Assembly: GCA_040954595.2 (NCBI GenBank)
Contig: CM082585.2
Coordinates: 11,451,451 to 11,515,450 of the forward strand
Length of the DNA stretch: 64,000 nucleotides
Reading direction: 5' to 3'
Source of the DNA: Balanoglossus misakiensis
Taxonomy: Eukaryota > Animalia > Hemichordata
Part shown: piece after piece, positions 1-12,204 of the stretch
Position numbering within the stretch: position 1 is the first letter of the stretch
How the letters are laid out: every line of letters begins with the position of its first letter
Position numbers and translations under genes: made by a program
Notes under the pieces: model-generated
Told to the model about the DNA's origin: nothing
Databases searched by the model: none
The model's input: only the letters and a program-made list of their open reading frames with translations

Positions 1-2819
1 AAAGAATGGACATTAATTGGCTTCACAGCCGAGTAAGCTTGAAATAATTACCGTTCTTCAATTATTTTTTTAAAACACAATGAAACCCCCGAAACATAAT
101 TAACTCTTAAACGAGCATTTATGTTTTCTTTTTCAATTTTTACGCGGTTGTTTATCTCCAGTTCTGTTTGTTGCCAACTGACCCGTAATGTGTGTCGCAT
201 GATCAGCATCCTACGTGGTCGTTCAGTCTTGTTCGATCAGACACCCTCTTTTATTTCCTCGAATGTTCGAAAAAAAATTATAGTTTCTCGATGAACATAC
301 ACTTTGACATGTAATACTAGATTCAACGAACGCAACGTTCCATTTAACAGCCAGAATAATTATTCGTCCTTTGTCTAATATTCAAATTTATCGTTAACAT
401 GTCTTAGTTAAAAGTTGCTTATATTTCTGCACAAGATGCCATTTAAGCCAATCAGATTTCTGCCACCTGTTTAAGCTCCCCTAGCTTTCTGTATCATCTT
501 ATTGCGATCTCTATTCTAGTTTAAGCTTCTTAGGTCGTTTCGTGACCGTTGGTCATCAAAGATGGCGCCTATTTGCGCACACATGATGACGTAATCACCC
601 AGTACACGTGCTGGCTGATAGACAAGATGGTGACTTTGACCTCTTTTCGATTAATGTGACCTTACGACTTTGTGTTGACTAAAGAACTCATGACATTATA
701 CTATAAATTATGGAAAATGAAACTTTTATTGATTTTTTATAGATCTGCAATCATCGTGATAAACTTGGACGGCAAATTACTGATTAAAACCTGATCACTG
801 AAATGTCAGTACAAGGTGTTTTAATTAAAATGCAATCAAATGCAGTTTTTAATGAGAATAATCGAGCATGTTTGACAAAAAATTAATGAAAACGTGTGTC
901 AACATCTGTTGAAATAACGCCATGACATTTTGCACCAAAGAGATAGTAAGTAGAACGTTTCATCCGCGGCAATAAACACGAAACATTTGACCTAACTTGG
1001 TGATTTTACTAATATAGAACTACTTGTGGAAATGTTTCCTCGACTTTTTATATATCCAATTTCGCTCCGATCATTTCGTGTGATATCGTCATCATTAAGA
1101 ATTGATGGTTTCCATGTTCCCGTGCACGAATTTAATTAATTGTATTGAATAAATAATGGCCAATTCGTCATACTTTAGACCTGGAAGCGGCAGGAAGATA
1201 GACGCGACTGCAAAATTTCCCGCGTAAAATTCATATCAAGTCACCCAGAAAAAAAGACTAATTGAGGAAATGAATATAATGGGTTTTCAACGAAAACAAT
1301 TGTGGTCCCGACAGTGAGCGACTTATGAAATGATTAGTCACATATTCCGTAATGTTCATGGGGTCTTTTTGCTTTATTTTGTTTGATTTTTAGAATATTT
1401 CTTGCTTTTGTCTGTTCGGGTTAATCATACATAATTGCATTCTAGTTATCTTAACAATGGTTTCCGACAGTAGATTCGCTTTTCTGTTTTGATTCTCGCT
1501 CACTTATGTTACCGCCTATGCAATCTTCTCCTGAGAAAAACATAATATAGATTATTTGAGACAACAATGCGTTGAGCTGAAAACCCCCAACCTGACTACT
1601 ACGCCCCCTCTATTATCAAACGCATAAAGAGTAAATATCACCGTCATTGGCGATGCCTTGCCGATCATTTTATCGAAACAGCGCCACGCAACACTTTAAA
1701 ACCAATCGATATTTCGCGGGAGTAATGATATAATGTACACAATTCCTGTAATGGCGATTTTAAAATAAAAGAGCGCTTGATCACTGGCGTTACCTGGAAG
1801 TTTATCAGCTATTTATTTGGGTTAGCATATATGCAATGAATCAGAGAACGTGATAGGAGCCGTGGTGATGTGTATTCGGCAGGGCCTATATACAATAGTG
1901 TCTAACTGTCGCTTCTTGTGGTTTTACACTCCTATACCTAACTGTGCTCCAAGGGCGCGAATTCGAACATTCGAGATGAACTGCCTAACTTCATATTTTT
2001 TGTCCGCCGTCGTCGAACACTATACGCCTAACTCAACATGTTGTGTTCGGCTTTCATCTTTTGAGCCGATAATCCCAGCTGCGGGTAATGTAACAGTACT
2101 TCTTAAATAATTCGAATGACATTTAAACCAAAACTGTGACATTAATTCATTCGCCAGGACGCTTAAGCCTAGTCAATTGTGACAATGGGCACTTTTCCCT
2201 CTACTGGCTATGCTTTTCCTAATCTTGCGTTCGCTGCTAGTTGTTTTAAATAACTTACGAAAAACAATATTAAGATCTGACAAGCTTCTCGTTAATCCGT
2301 GGAAATGATACAGGTCAAATATACCTACAATGCGTTTTAACGCAGGAGTCTTTCTAACTCTCTACGGATGCAAATAATTACTACATTTTAACCACCAGTA
2401 AAATGACATCTCATGTTTTCTGTCAAACCCCTCTCTTATAGAAAGCTTTTAAATTACTCAATTTGATTTTGAAAACAAAGGACGGGAAATGAAGATCAAG
2501 ACAACTATAGTTTCATAGTATTTAGTGAAACTGCCGCTGCCTTCACTTCGGCAACATGGGAATAAACTGTAGGACGCCATCATCCGAACTACTATAAAAA
2601 CGTGAAATACATTCTTCGCAAACTCGTGGTGGCGCTAAAACCGGTTTCGGAATCCTTCTAATTATTATATGTACAGAGGGTTGTACACAAACCCAGGTGG
2701 CATAGTGCTCTGTATAGTTGTTACAGGAACCCTTTCAATACCCCTGGCCCCGCGTTGACCTTTCAATCAATCAATCTTCATTAAATATCCTACTTTGGGC
2801 AATGGCCACTGCTGTATAG

Positions 2820-3054
2820 TGACATACACATTACACTACACAAGGTTTTTGTGCTGAATTTTCTTTGTGTAAAACGTGCTTCTCGTACATTTCTGCTGAC
2901 GGACGCACTTGTTTTCCCATATAAACTTGTTTTTCGGGTTCTTCGATAATTGTTTGCCCGAGAGTACAGCGAGTGATTTCGTGTAGGGATTTACTTTAAA
3001 ACAGGGCTGGGCAAAAGGTTTAACCGCGATGTTGCCAGAGTCTCTTGTGCGCAT
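2820..3054 (-). pseudogene. Possible decayed THAP-domain exon, head-to-head with the previous relic
   Basis: The translation AVKPFAQPC...LSKNPKNKFIWENKCVR, followed by a shifted-frame TLCS, loosely follows the THAP pattern (C..C, FP.D...W...C.R, LCS.HF). Key residues are missing. Confidence 0.25.
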
Positions 3055-3130
3055 GTACTCCTACGATTATCCCAGAATGCACATCTTCATCATGATGCGT
3101 CAGTTCCGGTATTCACAATGGCAGCAGACG
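3055..3130. promoter_or_regulatory. Housekeeping-type (possibly bidirectional) promoter motifs
   Basis: A ZNF143/Staf-like CTACGATTATCCCAGAATGCAC starts at 3061, followed by a CRE half-site TGCGTCA, an ETS core TTCCGG and a YY1-like CAATGGCAGC. A donor AAG|gtagag follows at 3230. Confidence 0.45.
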
Positions 3131-3337
3131 ACATTCGAGTCAAGTCCGTCAACATTTGAAGCGTTTAACTTATCAAACTACGGAGTTCGTGTGAAGTTGA
3201 ATTGAGGATATCGGTGCGCTTGGGAAAAAGGTAGAGTTAATTCTTCGTTCAGTGGGTTATCTGGGTTCTACGGGAGATGAGATAACGTTTTACTTGGGCT
3301 ACGCGTACAATGTACAAGCTGGGCTGTCTTTCCACAG

Positions 3338-3655
3338 GCGATGCTTCCCAAGCCAGAGATTCAAATGCTTCTGAAATTGTACAAACTGACGACGGGGTGG
3401 ACAACGGACATTCCCCATATCTACTCATTTCCACTGAACATGTAAAACAATATTTGATACCCTGTGCAGATATACGAGAAGCTCTTCACGTCGCGCTTAC
3501 AAGTCTCATGAGGTCAAGGAACTTTATGATACAGGACACATTGAGCTGACTCTGTACGTTTCAATTCAGAAGAGGAATACGCAATGCTTCGCAAGGAAAT
3601 ACCAAACCATGGACATGCCTCGACAGAACTGGACCCCCGACGTGTATATTGCAGA
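3338..3655 (+). pseudogene. Frameshifted relic exon of a SWIM/YqaJ-type transposon accessory gene (ISL2EU/Kolobok-like)
   Basis: The segment is bounded by the acceptor ctgtctttccacag (3337) and the donor gtaagt (3656). Joining three frames across two -1 shifts gives GWTTDIPHIYSF / STEHVKQYLI / RRAYKSHEVKELYDTGHI. This resembles the W...YL...R/KAYKS...Y..GHV block that precedes the SWIM finger in these invertebrate proteins (recognised from memory, not searched). Confidence 0.45.
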
Positions 3656-3914
3656 GTAAGTCACATTTTTTGTCTACATGGACGGTCGACACAAACCCAT
3701 AAACATTTGTATTGTTACCATACAAATATTTAGGGGTTGTAGCTGACATTCATTCACTACGTACAACCTACACAGGGTCAATGACTTTGCATTTTGAGCG
3801 CGCTGGGTAGTCTTTTTTTGCACCTGTTATCGAGTGAGTCTCTTCACACCTGTGGTTCGGCGCCAAGAACCAGCACTGGCTGTACCTCACATCTGGATAT
3901 TCCAGATGTACACA

Positions 3915-4132
3915 CACTGTTTCATCTAGATGGGGGAGTGGGGGGATTCACCCCCTGTTGACATATTGGCACCTCCTAGCAATTTGTCAAGGGGGGGGGG
4001 GCAGTCCCCCTTAAAATGTCATTCACATGTTGGAGATATTACATTCCCCCCTTGCCAGAGTAGAGTCCCCACAAATATTCTGGTACAGGGGGAAATATCC
4101 CCTCTGTTGATGCCATCCTGGATGAAACACTG
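3915..4132. mobile_element. 218-bp MITE / non-autonomous DNA transposon
   Basis: Terminal inverted repeats: left CACTGTTTCATCTAG-ATGG versus the reverse complement of the right end, CAGTGTTTCATCCAGGATGG. The interior has G/C runs, and the flanks tgtacaca / taacacat resemble a degraded target duplication. Confidence 0.75.
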
Positions 4133-4357
4133 TAACACATAGGCCTAACCCTGGCACGTGCGCAAGGTAACACCAGGTCAGAGAACTATTCTCTATTGCT
4201 CTTCTCGCTTTGTGTATATAAGCACTAGTACATTTTATGAATACAGCCCTTTAGCACAAGCCACTATAGAGAGACACAACTGAGCCCCCTCGTGTATAGT
4301 AGCGCCCTCAACCTCATCCATTCAAGATTCTGGAAACAAATATTCTTATTTTAATTC

Positions 4358-5039
4358 TTTTTTGTGTGTGTCTATTTTACAGTAGGGACACATGGCCTAA
4401 AATAGATAATACAAATAATAATAATTAGAATTGTTCATTAGCTATTTAAAATTCGCAGCATTAAAACTTGTAACTTAGCACACTCGCGCAGCATATATGT
4501 ACACAACCAGTTCTTGTTATTGATTATTGGAATTAAGCTCAAACATAATGGCCCACTATCTATGACTTTTGGCTCTATTACAGTCTTTTTATTATGTGTA
4601 TCAACCATGATGGTTTCTTGTTGGTCACCCTAAGGCAGGGGTCAATGTGTAGACTGTAGTGTTCATCTTCTGAATGTGTCAAGGAAAAGTATTGGTGATG
4701 TATAGTAAGAATTTTAATTTGTTTATATAGAAAGTTTTTTGTGTGTCTATTTTACAGTAGGGACATATGGCCTGAAATAGATAATACAGCATTAAAAATT
4801 GTGAGCACACTCGCGCAGCGTATATGTACACAACCGGTACTTCAATTTGTTATAACTTATTGATTATTGGAATTACGCTCAAACATAATGGTCCTCTATC
4901 TGTACTTTTTGGCTATATATTTCAGTGTTTTTATTCTGTGTCTCAACCATGATGGTTTCTTGTTCGTCACCCTAAGGCAGTGGTAAATGAGTAGTGATAA
5001 TCTTCTTAACGTGTCAAGGAAATGTTTTGGTGATGTATA
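4358..5039. repeat. Diverged tandem duplication (about 345 bp and 305 bp copies)
   Basis: Copy 1 (about 4358-4704) and copy 2 (about 4735-5039) share gtgtgtctattttacagtagggaca, gcacactcgcgcagc, tgattattggaatta, caaccatgatggtttcttgtt and gtgtcaaggaaa...ggtgatgtata. Copy 2 lacks about 40 bp near its start. Confidence 0.92.
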
Positions 5040-6474
5040 ATATGAAATGAAGCAAGTATACACCAAGTGTAATAGTGATGTTACTTAGAAGTAGTTGTCG
5101 ACTTGTATACTAACAAATTTCTGGTTTTGCCTGTAAATTTCAATATTTCTACTCTATTTCTGATCATTGATTCACTTTCCATCATTACCGATAACGCGTC
5201 TGCTGATGACGATGGTGAGCACAGTAATATCTCATGTTAGGGCTAATAGTGTTGGTGGGGATAAATTTTGATTAAACATCTTCATGGAAGCATGGCCCAT
5301 CAGGCTCACAGACAACATCAGATTGACATCATCCGCCCTCAATCGACGCAATTTTGAGAGAAAATCTTATTGAACCAAGGAAATGAAAGGCCAGGCTCTG
5401 AATCGCAATGACGTCACGAAATCTCCTATTTGCATATCAAAAGAAGCTCATGTTTTGAACTGATCTCCTGTCTCCAAAACTCATCACAAACGGATGCGAT
5501 TTTTTATAATATTCGGATAATTTGTTTCAGGTGACACTAGTGTCGTTGAATATTCTGGAAAAACGTTGTTTCTATGGTTATTTTCGCGGCAGAATGACAA
5601 GATTATTACTTGCGTGGACTGTACAGTGGCAGTAAATTGACTATGCACAATAACATAAAGGTTTTCAGTGAATGTAACAATACTCACAGACGAGGCGATC
5701 TATCAACTATAGAAAATAGAAAAAAGCGATGTAAAAGAGAAATTGCGGCAGCCATGTTGGCCACAGTTTAGCGACATAATCGACCCCTCTTTTTCGCTTC
5801 GAATGTAGACGTTGCCAGACTCCAAAATGACCACGCGTGCCAAATTTCGGTCACCGACTTAGGGAATTGTGACTGCGCGATGTTACTGATCAGCGTTGAC
5901 ACGCGGGTGAAATGTCAGGCCCCGTGAGAAGTGAAACGATGACGCGAAAAAAATATTGAAAATTGAAATTGGCGACAATATTGACATAAAGGATGGGACT
6001 TCTCACAATGAGGGCATGGCTCAATTTGAACGATGTCTTCTAAACACAGAACAGGCCCGCCAGGCAAATTGGTCGGCACTGGTGTTTAATTGACGCTTGT
6101 GGCGTGTCGGTGTGCCAGCTTTGCTCGTCTGGGATACGCCTTCCACACTAAATAAACATCCCAATTAAAATACCTGGAAAGGCCCGTTTCTGCCGTCTGC
6201 TCACAAAATTTAACCTCACGTTGACTTGGAAGGTTATTTGCGTTTTTGTCACGGAGCAACGGTGTGACTGATGGACGCACCAGAAGATGTCATTCCACTT
6301 GTAAAGTTCCGTTATAGTCCGTCCTTGCCCGGTTATTAACGGGCTTATTTGACATCGATATCCTTCTCCCCACCCACCTAAACACCTGACCCGGCCGAGC
6401 GTGTTTGTCACCACAAACACACCGTCGACTGACGCCTTTGCGAAATAAAAACAAGTCTTGCTAGTGTTACTCAC

Positions 6475-6845
6475 CGAGAACGCAGCGCTGACCTACGTCA
6501 CCAAGACACACGTAGAAGATGTGACATCCTGACAGAACGCCAAAGGCATCTTGCCGCAGCAACTGTTTCTCCTTACACGCAAATGAGGCGGCGTCCAGAC
6601 ACCGAAAATTCCGGCAACGCAGCCACCGACAAACACACCTCCTTTGCGTCTTCTCTCGACACACGTAGCTTCAAACACGCCCAGGTCTCGTGAACAGTCG
6701 CCAGGTCCACCTTCGAGGCGGTCTCCAACGCGCCTGGGAGCGGAGAGCACGGTGACATGACGCGTCCGCCGCGCCGAGCACTAGCCATAAATGACGGTGT
6801 CGAACTATCACCGCAATCTTGTGACGGGGGACACAGAAACGGCCA
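6475..6845 (-). ncRNA. Candidate non-coding or 5' UTR exon
   Basis: Acceptor cccattttgcttag|TGG and donor TCG|gtgagt bound a distinctly GC-rich 371-nt block. All three frames contain stops. Confidence 0.4.
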
Positions 6846-8199
6846 CTAAGCAAAATGGGTCTTTATTGTACAGAGACAGTGGGAATAATTTAGTAGCATT
6901 GTTCAATCACCAGATGGTTGCCAGCACAATGGAAACTGCAGTCTTTGTGCGCTGGTATTATAACAAAAAACACCTATTGAGGGTTGAATGGTAGAACAGT
7001 CAGTTGAAACTACAAAAGCCTACTTCCAAATAGCTAAGGTATTCATGGCTGTATTTACTCTATCTTTTCTAGCGTGTCCATTTCTCCGAGTAAATTTCCC
7101 CCACACAGTCAGCAAAATGCAGCCGTGTGGGCCCCTTTAGAAATCCACAGTCGACAATTTGTATAGGGTTTTTTTCACCGGGCCTAATGGTGTTAGTTGA
7201 GGTAGGCAAATGTAGCAATTGTTGGCCACAGAATAAAGATATCAACAAGACACTCTTTGATTGGGTAACAAAGAGCAGCGCCGCCGACAATTCCAGACCA
7301 TTGTACCCGGGTTGAAATCTATTTGAGAACCGCATTGATGCCCGCTACTGAGCGCCAACAACAGGCAAGCTATCCCCGACTCAAAAGATGCCTATTTAGC
7401 TGCGTTGCCATGGCAACTGCTGAATGGCACTACCATTAGACCTTTTCATAGAAAAAAAATACATTAGATCGACGTGACAAAAAAAATAGAATGACGTGTG
7501 CGAGGTACACTATTTCAGTTCAATATCGCTGCAAATACATGCAGTTGGCGACGGAGCTAACATAACTGTTATCGCCACAGGGGAGAAGCAGTATTCTCAA
7601 CTTCTGTGTGCCATCCATCGCCCCCAATCGCTTCTTGTTTATCAATTAGTGATCTAAGTGTCACTCATATCAAAAACGCCTGGAGGAAACATCTTAGGAA
7701 GCAGCAAACAAACCTGTGAATACGCAATCTGACGCGCGCACTTGACCCCTATCACTGCGAGTTTACAAATCTTGACGCGCGCACTGCTGCGTCAAGTAAT
7801 TAAAATAATTGAGCGAATCGAATCAATTGCTCATTTCCACCGCTGTTTAGGTGTGCCTAACTCAAAGTCCCACAAGAACTTACCCCCTCGGACAGAACAA
7901 GTTTAAGCATGCACCGTCTTGTACTTCTTTGTTTGGGACCCCATAGAAATGACACTTTAAACACCACTGTCTACCCCACCTGTAGAATGCCACCAGAGTG
8001 CAGAGGTCAGAAGTCGCCATAAAATACCCGGATAGTTCTGTCGGTGACAAGTTGCAAACAACGCGGTGTAATGTTTATTGCCGAGGCATTTACGGTGCTC
8101 TTTTTCTTACGAAAGAAAATATTCAACGTTAAAAGGACAACGAAAATCAAAACGATGAGCTATGCGTAAGCTTAGGTCAAACGGATCACCCAGCTTTAA

Positions 8200-8285
8200 A
8201 CCCCGGACCCTGGAGATTCCAAACCGGGGGACAAACTGCGGTACACATACGTGCATACTCCTAATTGGAGTGCCACCCCCGGAGT
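8200..8285 (-). mobile_element. End of a common marine-invertebrate interspersed repeat (MITE-like)
   Basis: The minus strand reads CCGGGGGTGGCACTCC...GTATGCACGTATGTGTACCGC. This resembles the CCGGGGGGG(T/C)ACTCC...TATGTGCCGC terminus type as I remember it; I did not locate the other end. Confidence 0.35.
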
Positions 8286-9211
8286 TAAACCAACCGCGCG
8301 AAAGAGTCCGTTTGCTTTCGTCAAGATTTAGCAATTTTCAACTTCATTACCCTTCACCGAGAGATGTTCAAAACCTTTCCTTGTAAACTTTTGTGATTTG
8401 CTGCTTATTTTGCAAATCACCGTTTTCACAAACGGGGTTAAGACGCAAAGTGGGCGGCTTGTTGACGCGCATTACCAGGACAATTACAGTGTCTGCACCT
8501 TAAAAGAAAAGAAAGGCCCAAGTGAATGTTAGCCCGTTGTTCAAAATCAACTGAGAATGTTATTGTTCTATGGATGACCAGTTGTCTTGCTTACAAGCAT
8601 TGTGACGCAAGTTAGTTGGTATATAGGCCTACATGTACACAATGAATGGTCCTCACTAAAATAACCCATTTTGAGATCGTGAATTATGTCAGTCGAATGC
8701 GCGCGGACAATTCTTTGAGAAGCAGCAATACATTAAAGTACACAGTCTGATATCCCTAGAAAGCTTGTGCATGCAGTATTCCAACAATATTATCGGTGAA
8801 TTTGTTCAAATCAAGCACGATGTAGTTTACAAAACAGCCAAAATAAGTCAATTTAAGCATCATTTCATTCAAATATGTCATTGTTCCAGACAATAGTTTT
8901 TATTCTATTTATGCAAAGGCTGATAATTGTGCATTCTTTGCTGAGCGGCAGATGCACCGTGTTTTTTTGATCAACAACAAAAAACGAACCCAGGGTTGGC
9001 AGATGTTACAACAAGACAACTCCACAAACAAAAAAGCCGCTTTTGATGACAAAGATGGCCTTGTTGTTATAGTCTTTACGTATTTTTATCCATCAACGCT
9101 AATTCTCCGACCGATTGTTGCAGTCGTATGATTCGTGATCGTGAGCATGTGACCTATGAACCCTGACATTGAAGCGACCCCACCCTCAAATAGTGGGAAC
9201 GGGTAAAACGT

Positions 9212-9263
<52 letters not shown>
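9212..9263. repeat. (ATC)n microsatellite, about 17 units
   Basis: Perfect trinucleotide run, read directly. Confidence 0.97.
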
Positions 9264-11289
9264 ATACCTCCTCTGTTTGGTTCATTCCTGGTGGAGTGTA
9301 CTTTTTAAAAGACATTTGCTAACTTCAAAGCTTGATCTGCGCGAACGCGAAGAAGTAGCCTAACAGGGCGTGGCAAGTAATATGTTTTGACGGCCATTAT
9401 AATTGGTTGACAAAGAAAAAAAACATAAACAAACAAACAAACTGTGATCTCTTGAAGTGTTATACTATAGTGGCTTTATCAAACAGTGGTGGGGGACTGT
9501 GTTCGAAAAGTAGTGGTTCGTCAAAATCGATTTGATTTCTTGGTGCCACAGTCACGTGATTCCTAGATTCATAAGCAACCCTTGCCATTGAATGATACGA
9601 GGCCTCTGTTTTCTATCAAGTTGAGAAATTGACACCCGAGATCACCCTCGGAGAGTATTAAAATATCGTGAAAGCACTTACTCAAGACGAGGTCAAGTTT
9701 CTCCGCTGAGACATCAAACTGTCGTCACTGATTTGTTTTTCACACAAAACGTTTCCCGCCGTGGGTTTCTCAGGAGGGAAGAAACAACCGCCCCACAAAC
9801 TTCGCTGTAGCTCAGCAAAAACATCCCGTCGATATGAGAGCAGAGAATTCCTCCGTCGGCTGACAGCAGGATAATAGCGATGCCATCTCGCGATTCAAAG
9901 TAATTTTCGCGGCAGGGAAGTTTCAGAAGTTGCCGTCGATTGACGACGCGATTGAAAGCAGTCGTGTGTTCCACGTTTGTTGAGATCACGTCTGACCCCT
10001 GGTAATTATAGTACGCTAAACATGACAACATAGGGAGTAATTTAATGACGAGCTGGCTTTACAGAATACATCCAACATGGGACAAAAGCAGACAAGATAA
10101 AGGCCTCTGATAGTCTGACTGTGGCGTTGTTTGCTGCAAAAAATCTCTATTCAAGCCCATTGTTGGAACCATACTTGAAAAATGATTCGGACCCAGTTAA
10201 GATGTATTCAAATCCTTCGACATAAAAGCTTTCAAAGTCACTCCCATTTGATATGTTTGCTGAGAGCAGTTTTGAAGAACGCCGACAATTTCCTGTCGAG
10301 ATCCGACAGATCTTATTGACTACCTGTGTTATCTTTTATTTGATGGTAAGAATCAAAAAGCAGTTTTAGGTTGAATTTGCAATTCAAAGAAGGGCTAAGA
10401 CGGCCTTTCACGCGCAGTAAGAAGCGAGGTTGAGAACGACGATGCACCATGGCGCTCTTTGTGAAAGTGGAATGCGTCAAAGAAAAAGCGAGCTTTAATG
10501 ATTCAGATGGCTCGACAGAACACAAAAAGTAGAACGTTACAAAGCGAATGAAGGCAAAGCCGTTTTCAATGTAAAATAAAATCAGTCACTGAAATCTGGT
10601 TTGGAGTGCTTGTCACAGGAGGAGATCCCAATACGAATTCCCTCAATCCCTTCTCCGCAATCCTCTCCAAGATCAGAGTCTCTATTCACGGTTCCTCTCC
10701 ACGTTGCCTTTCGCAAATGCAGCGTCAACGCAAGCTTCAAATTTCATGTTGGCCCCATTGAAGAATAGATGCGGAGCAGACGAGTTGAAAAAATGTGAAA
10801 CTCGCTTATTTCACTCAATACCTTATATTGAATAATTAAATCCCGAAGATGAATGCAATATACGGGTGACAATAAATGAACGTGGTCACGTGATTAGTGC
10901 ATAAAGTGCGTGATAAAATGACCCACCCGCAAAAATGTAAGTTTCTAAAAAAAATAACATGCATGTTAAATCTCCTCTGTTTTGCTCACAAAGGAAATTG
11001 GGTAACTAACAATAGAAACTGAGTTCTGATATTTAGGTGTTTGCCTTCGATATCGTCTCCAAGTAGCGAAATAACACCTTTGAGAACAAATTCTGTTGCA
11101 AGCTCAAAATATCAGCAATATCTGGCTAAGACTTGAAAACGCTGCAGTAAGTTATTAGTAAGCATCTGAACTTACGCTAAGGACAAAAATAACCCAGACT
11201 AAAAATCAACGCTATTCATGTGCGTGAATATGATAGCCAATTTTACCGAATATGTCGTGATTTGGACAAAAGTAAATCAAAACTCCAAT

Positions 11290-12204
11290 ATCTTTGAACC
11301 GATTTATTTATTTAAATTTCAACACCAGAAAAAACGCACTGCGTGTCGGCGAATATTGTATACAGAAATTATAAACCCAGGTATGCAGGTATTCGCGTTA
11401 GGAATTCTGCAAATAATTTTGTCGCGAGAATAGTGCAAGACATATTCCACATTTCCAAACTTTTGTACAAAAAGCGACCTCGACATGAGTCTTGGTATCA
11501 ATAGGAGAACATTATTATTAAGAAATCAATCTCAAACCATTGCACCAAAACGTGCCCATTGTGTCGCAAGACTTCACAGGTCAAGTTTGATAAGCGTACA
11601 TATCAATATTTTGCATTACAAGCGCGGACGCACGGTAAAATTTTCCGAACCCCGAAACACCGACCACTAACGCGCCGAGCGACTTCTGACACCCACGCGC
11701 TTCGCCTTAACTGAGGATGTTGAATGCGCAAAATATTAATAGAAGTTATGTTCACATTAATACTCACAATTTCGATGTTCTTAAAATAAATGCCTTTCTC
11801 CCAGTGGACGAATGACTGTCGATGGTGGTCAAGTTCAACGATGACGGTGTCCCCGAAAATGGACATCATCCGCGTCGTACTCCCGTTTCATTTCCAGGCA
11901 AGAAGTCATGTTCAAAACCAGTGACGCGTACAACGACGGATATCTCTGCACACGTCTCCAAACATATGCACATCCAAGTTATCCGGGTGGTTTCCATGGC
12001 GACGACTACCCAATTTCCCGATAGACGTACACTCACACAAAATCGCAGACTCCCAAATATGGAGGCACTTCTGGATATAGGACACACCGGGTGATTGCAG
12101 GACTCGGACGCGGTGCCTCTAATCTGCCGCAGATCCAACCTGGATGACTCGTTTTCACGCAGCGAGTTTCACGTGACCAGCGCAGTTCCCTCCATTACCG
12201 GTAT
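11290..12204 (-). ncRNA. Candidate terminal exon of a non-coding transcript
   Basis: Acceptor tgtgtttcag|ATA at 12205/12204; all frames stop within about 50 nt. A GC-rich body grades into U-rich sequence that ends in overlapping AATAAA hexamers at 11312-11303. Confidence 0.4.

Noticed and set aside
1850-2110. 86-aa ORF with recurring (C/T)CTAACT heptamers
   Set aside because: There is no recognisable protein and the spacing is irregular. It may be repeat-derived, but I cannot support that.
5380-5900. Possible DNA-transposon interior fragments (also 1-1100)
   Set aside because: The sequence style is suggestive, but I could not identify terminal repeats or a target duplication.
6545-6555. miR-31-like GGCAAGATGCC on the minus strand
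   Set aside because: Only about 10 nt match, the 3' half diverges, and I saw no convincing precursor hairpin. I recognised no other conserved miRNA by eye.
9169-9363. Poly-histidine ORF
   Set aside because: It is the translation of the (ATC)n microsatellite and has a non-ATG start.
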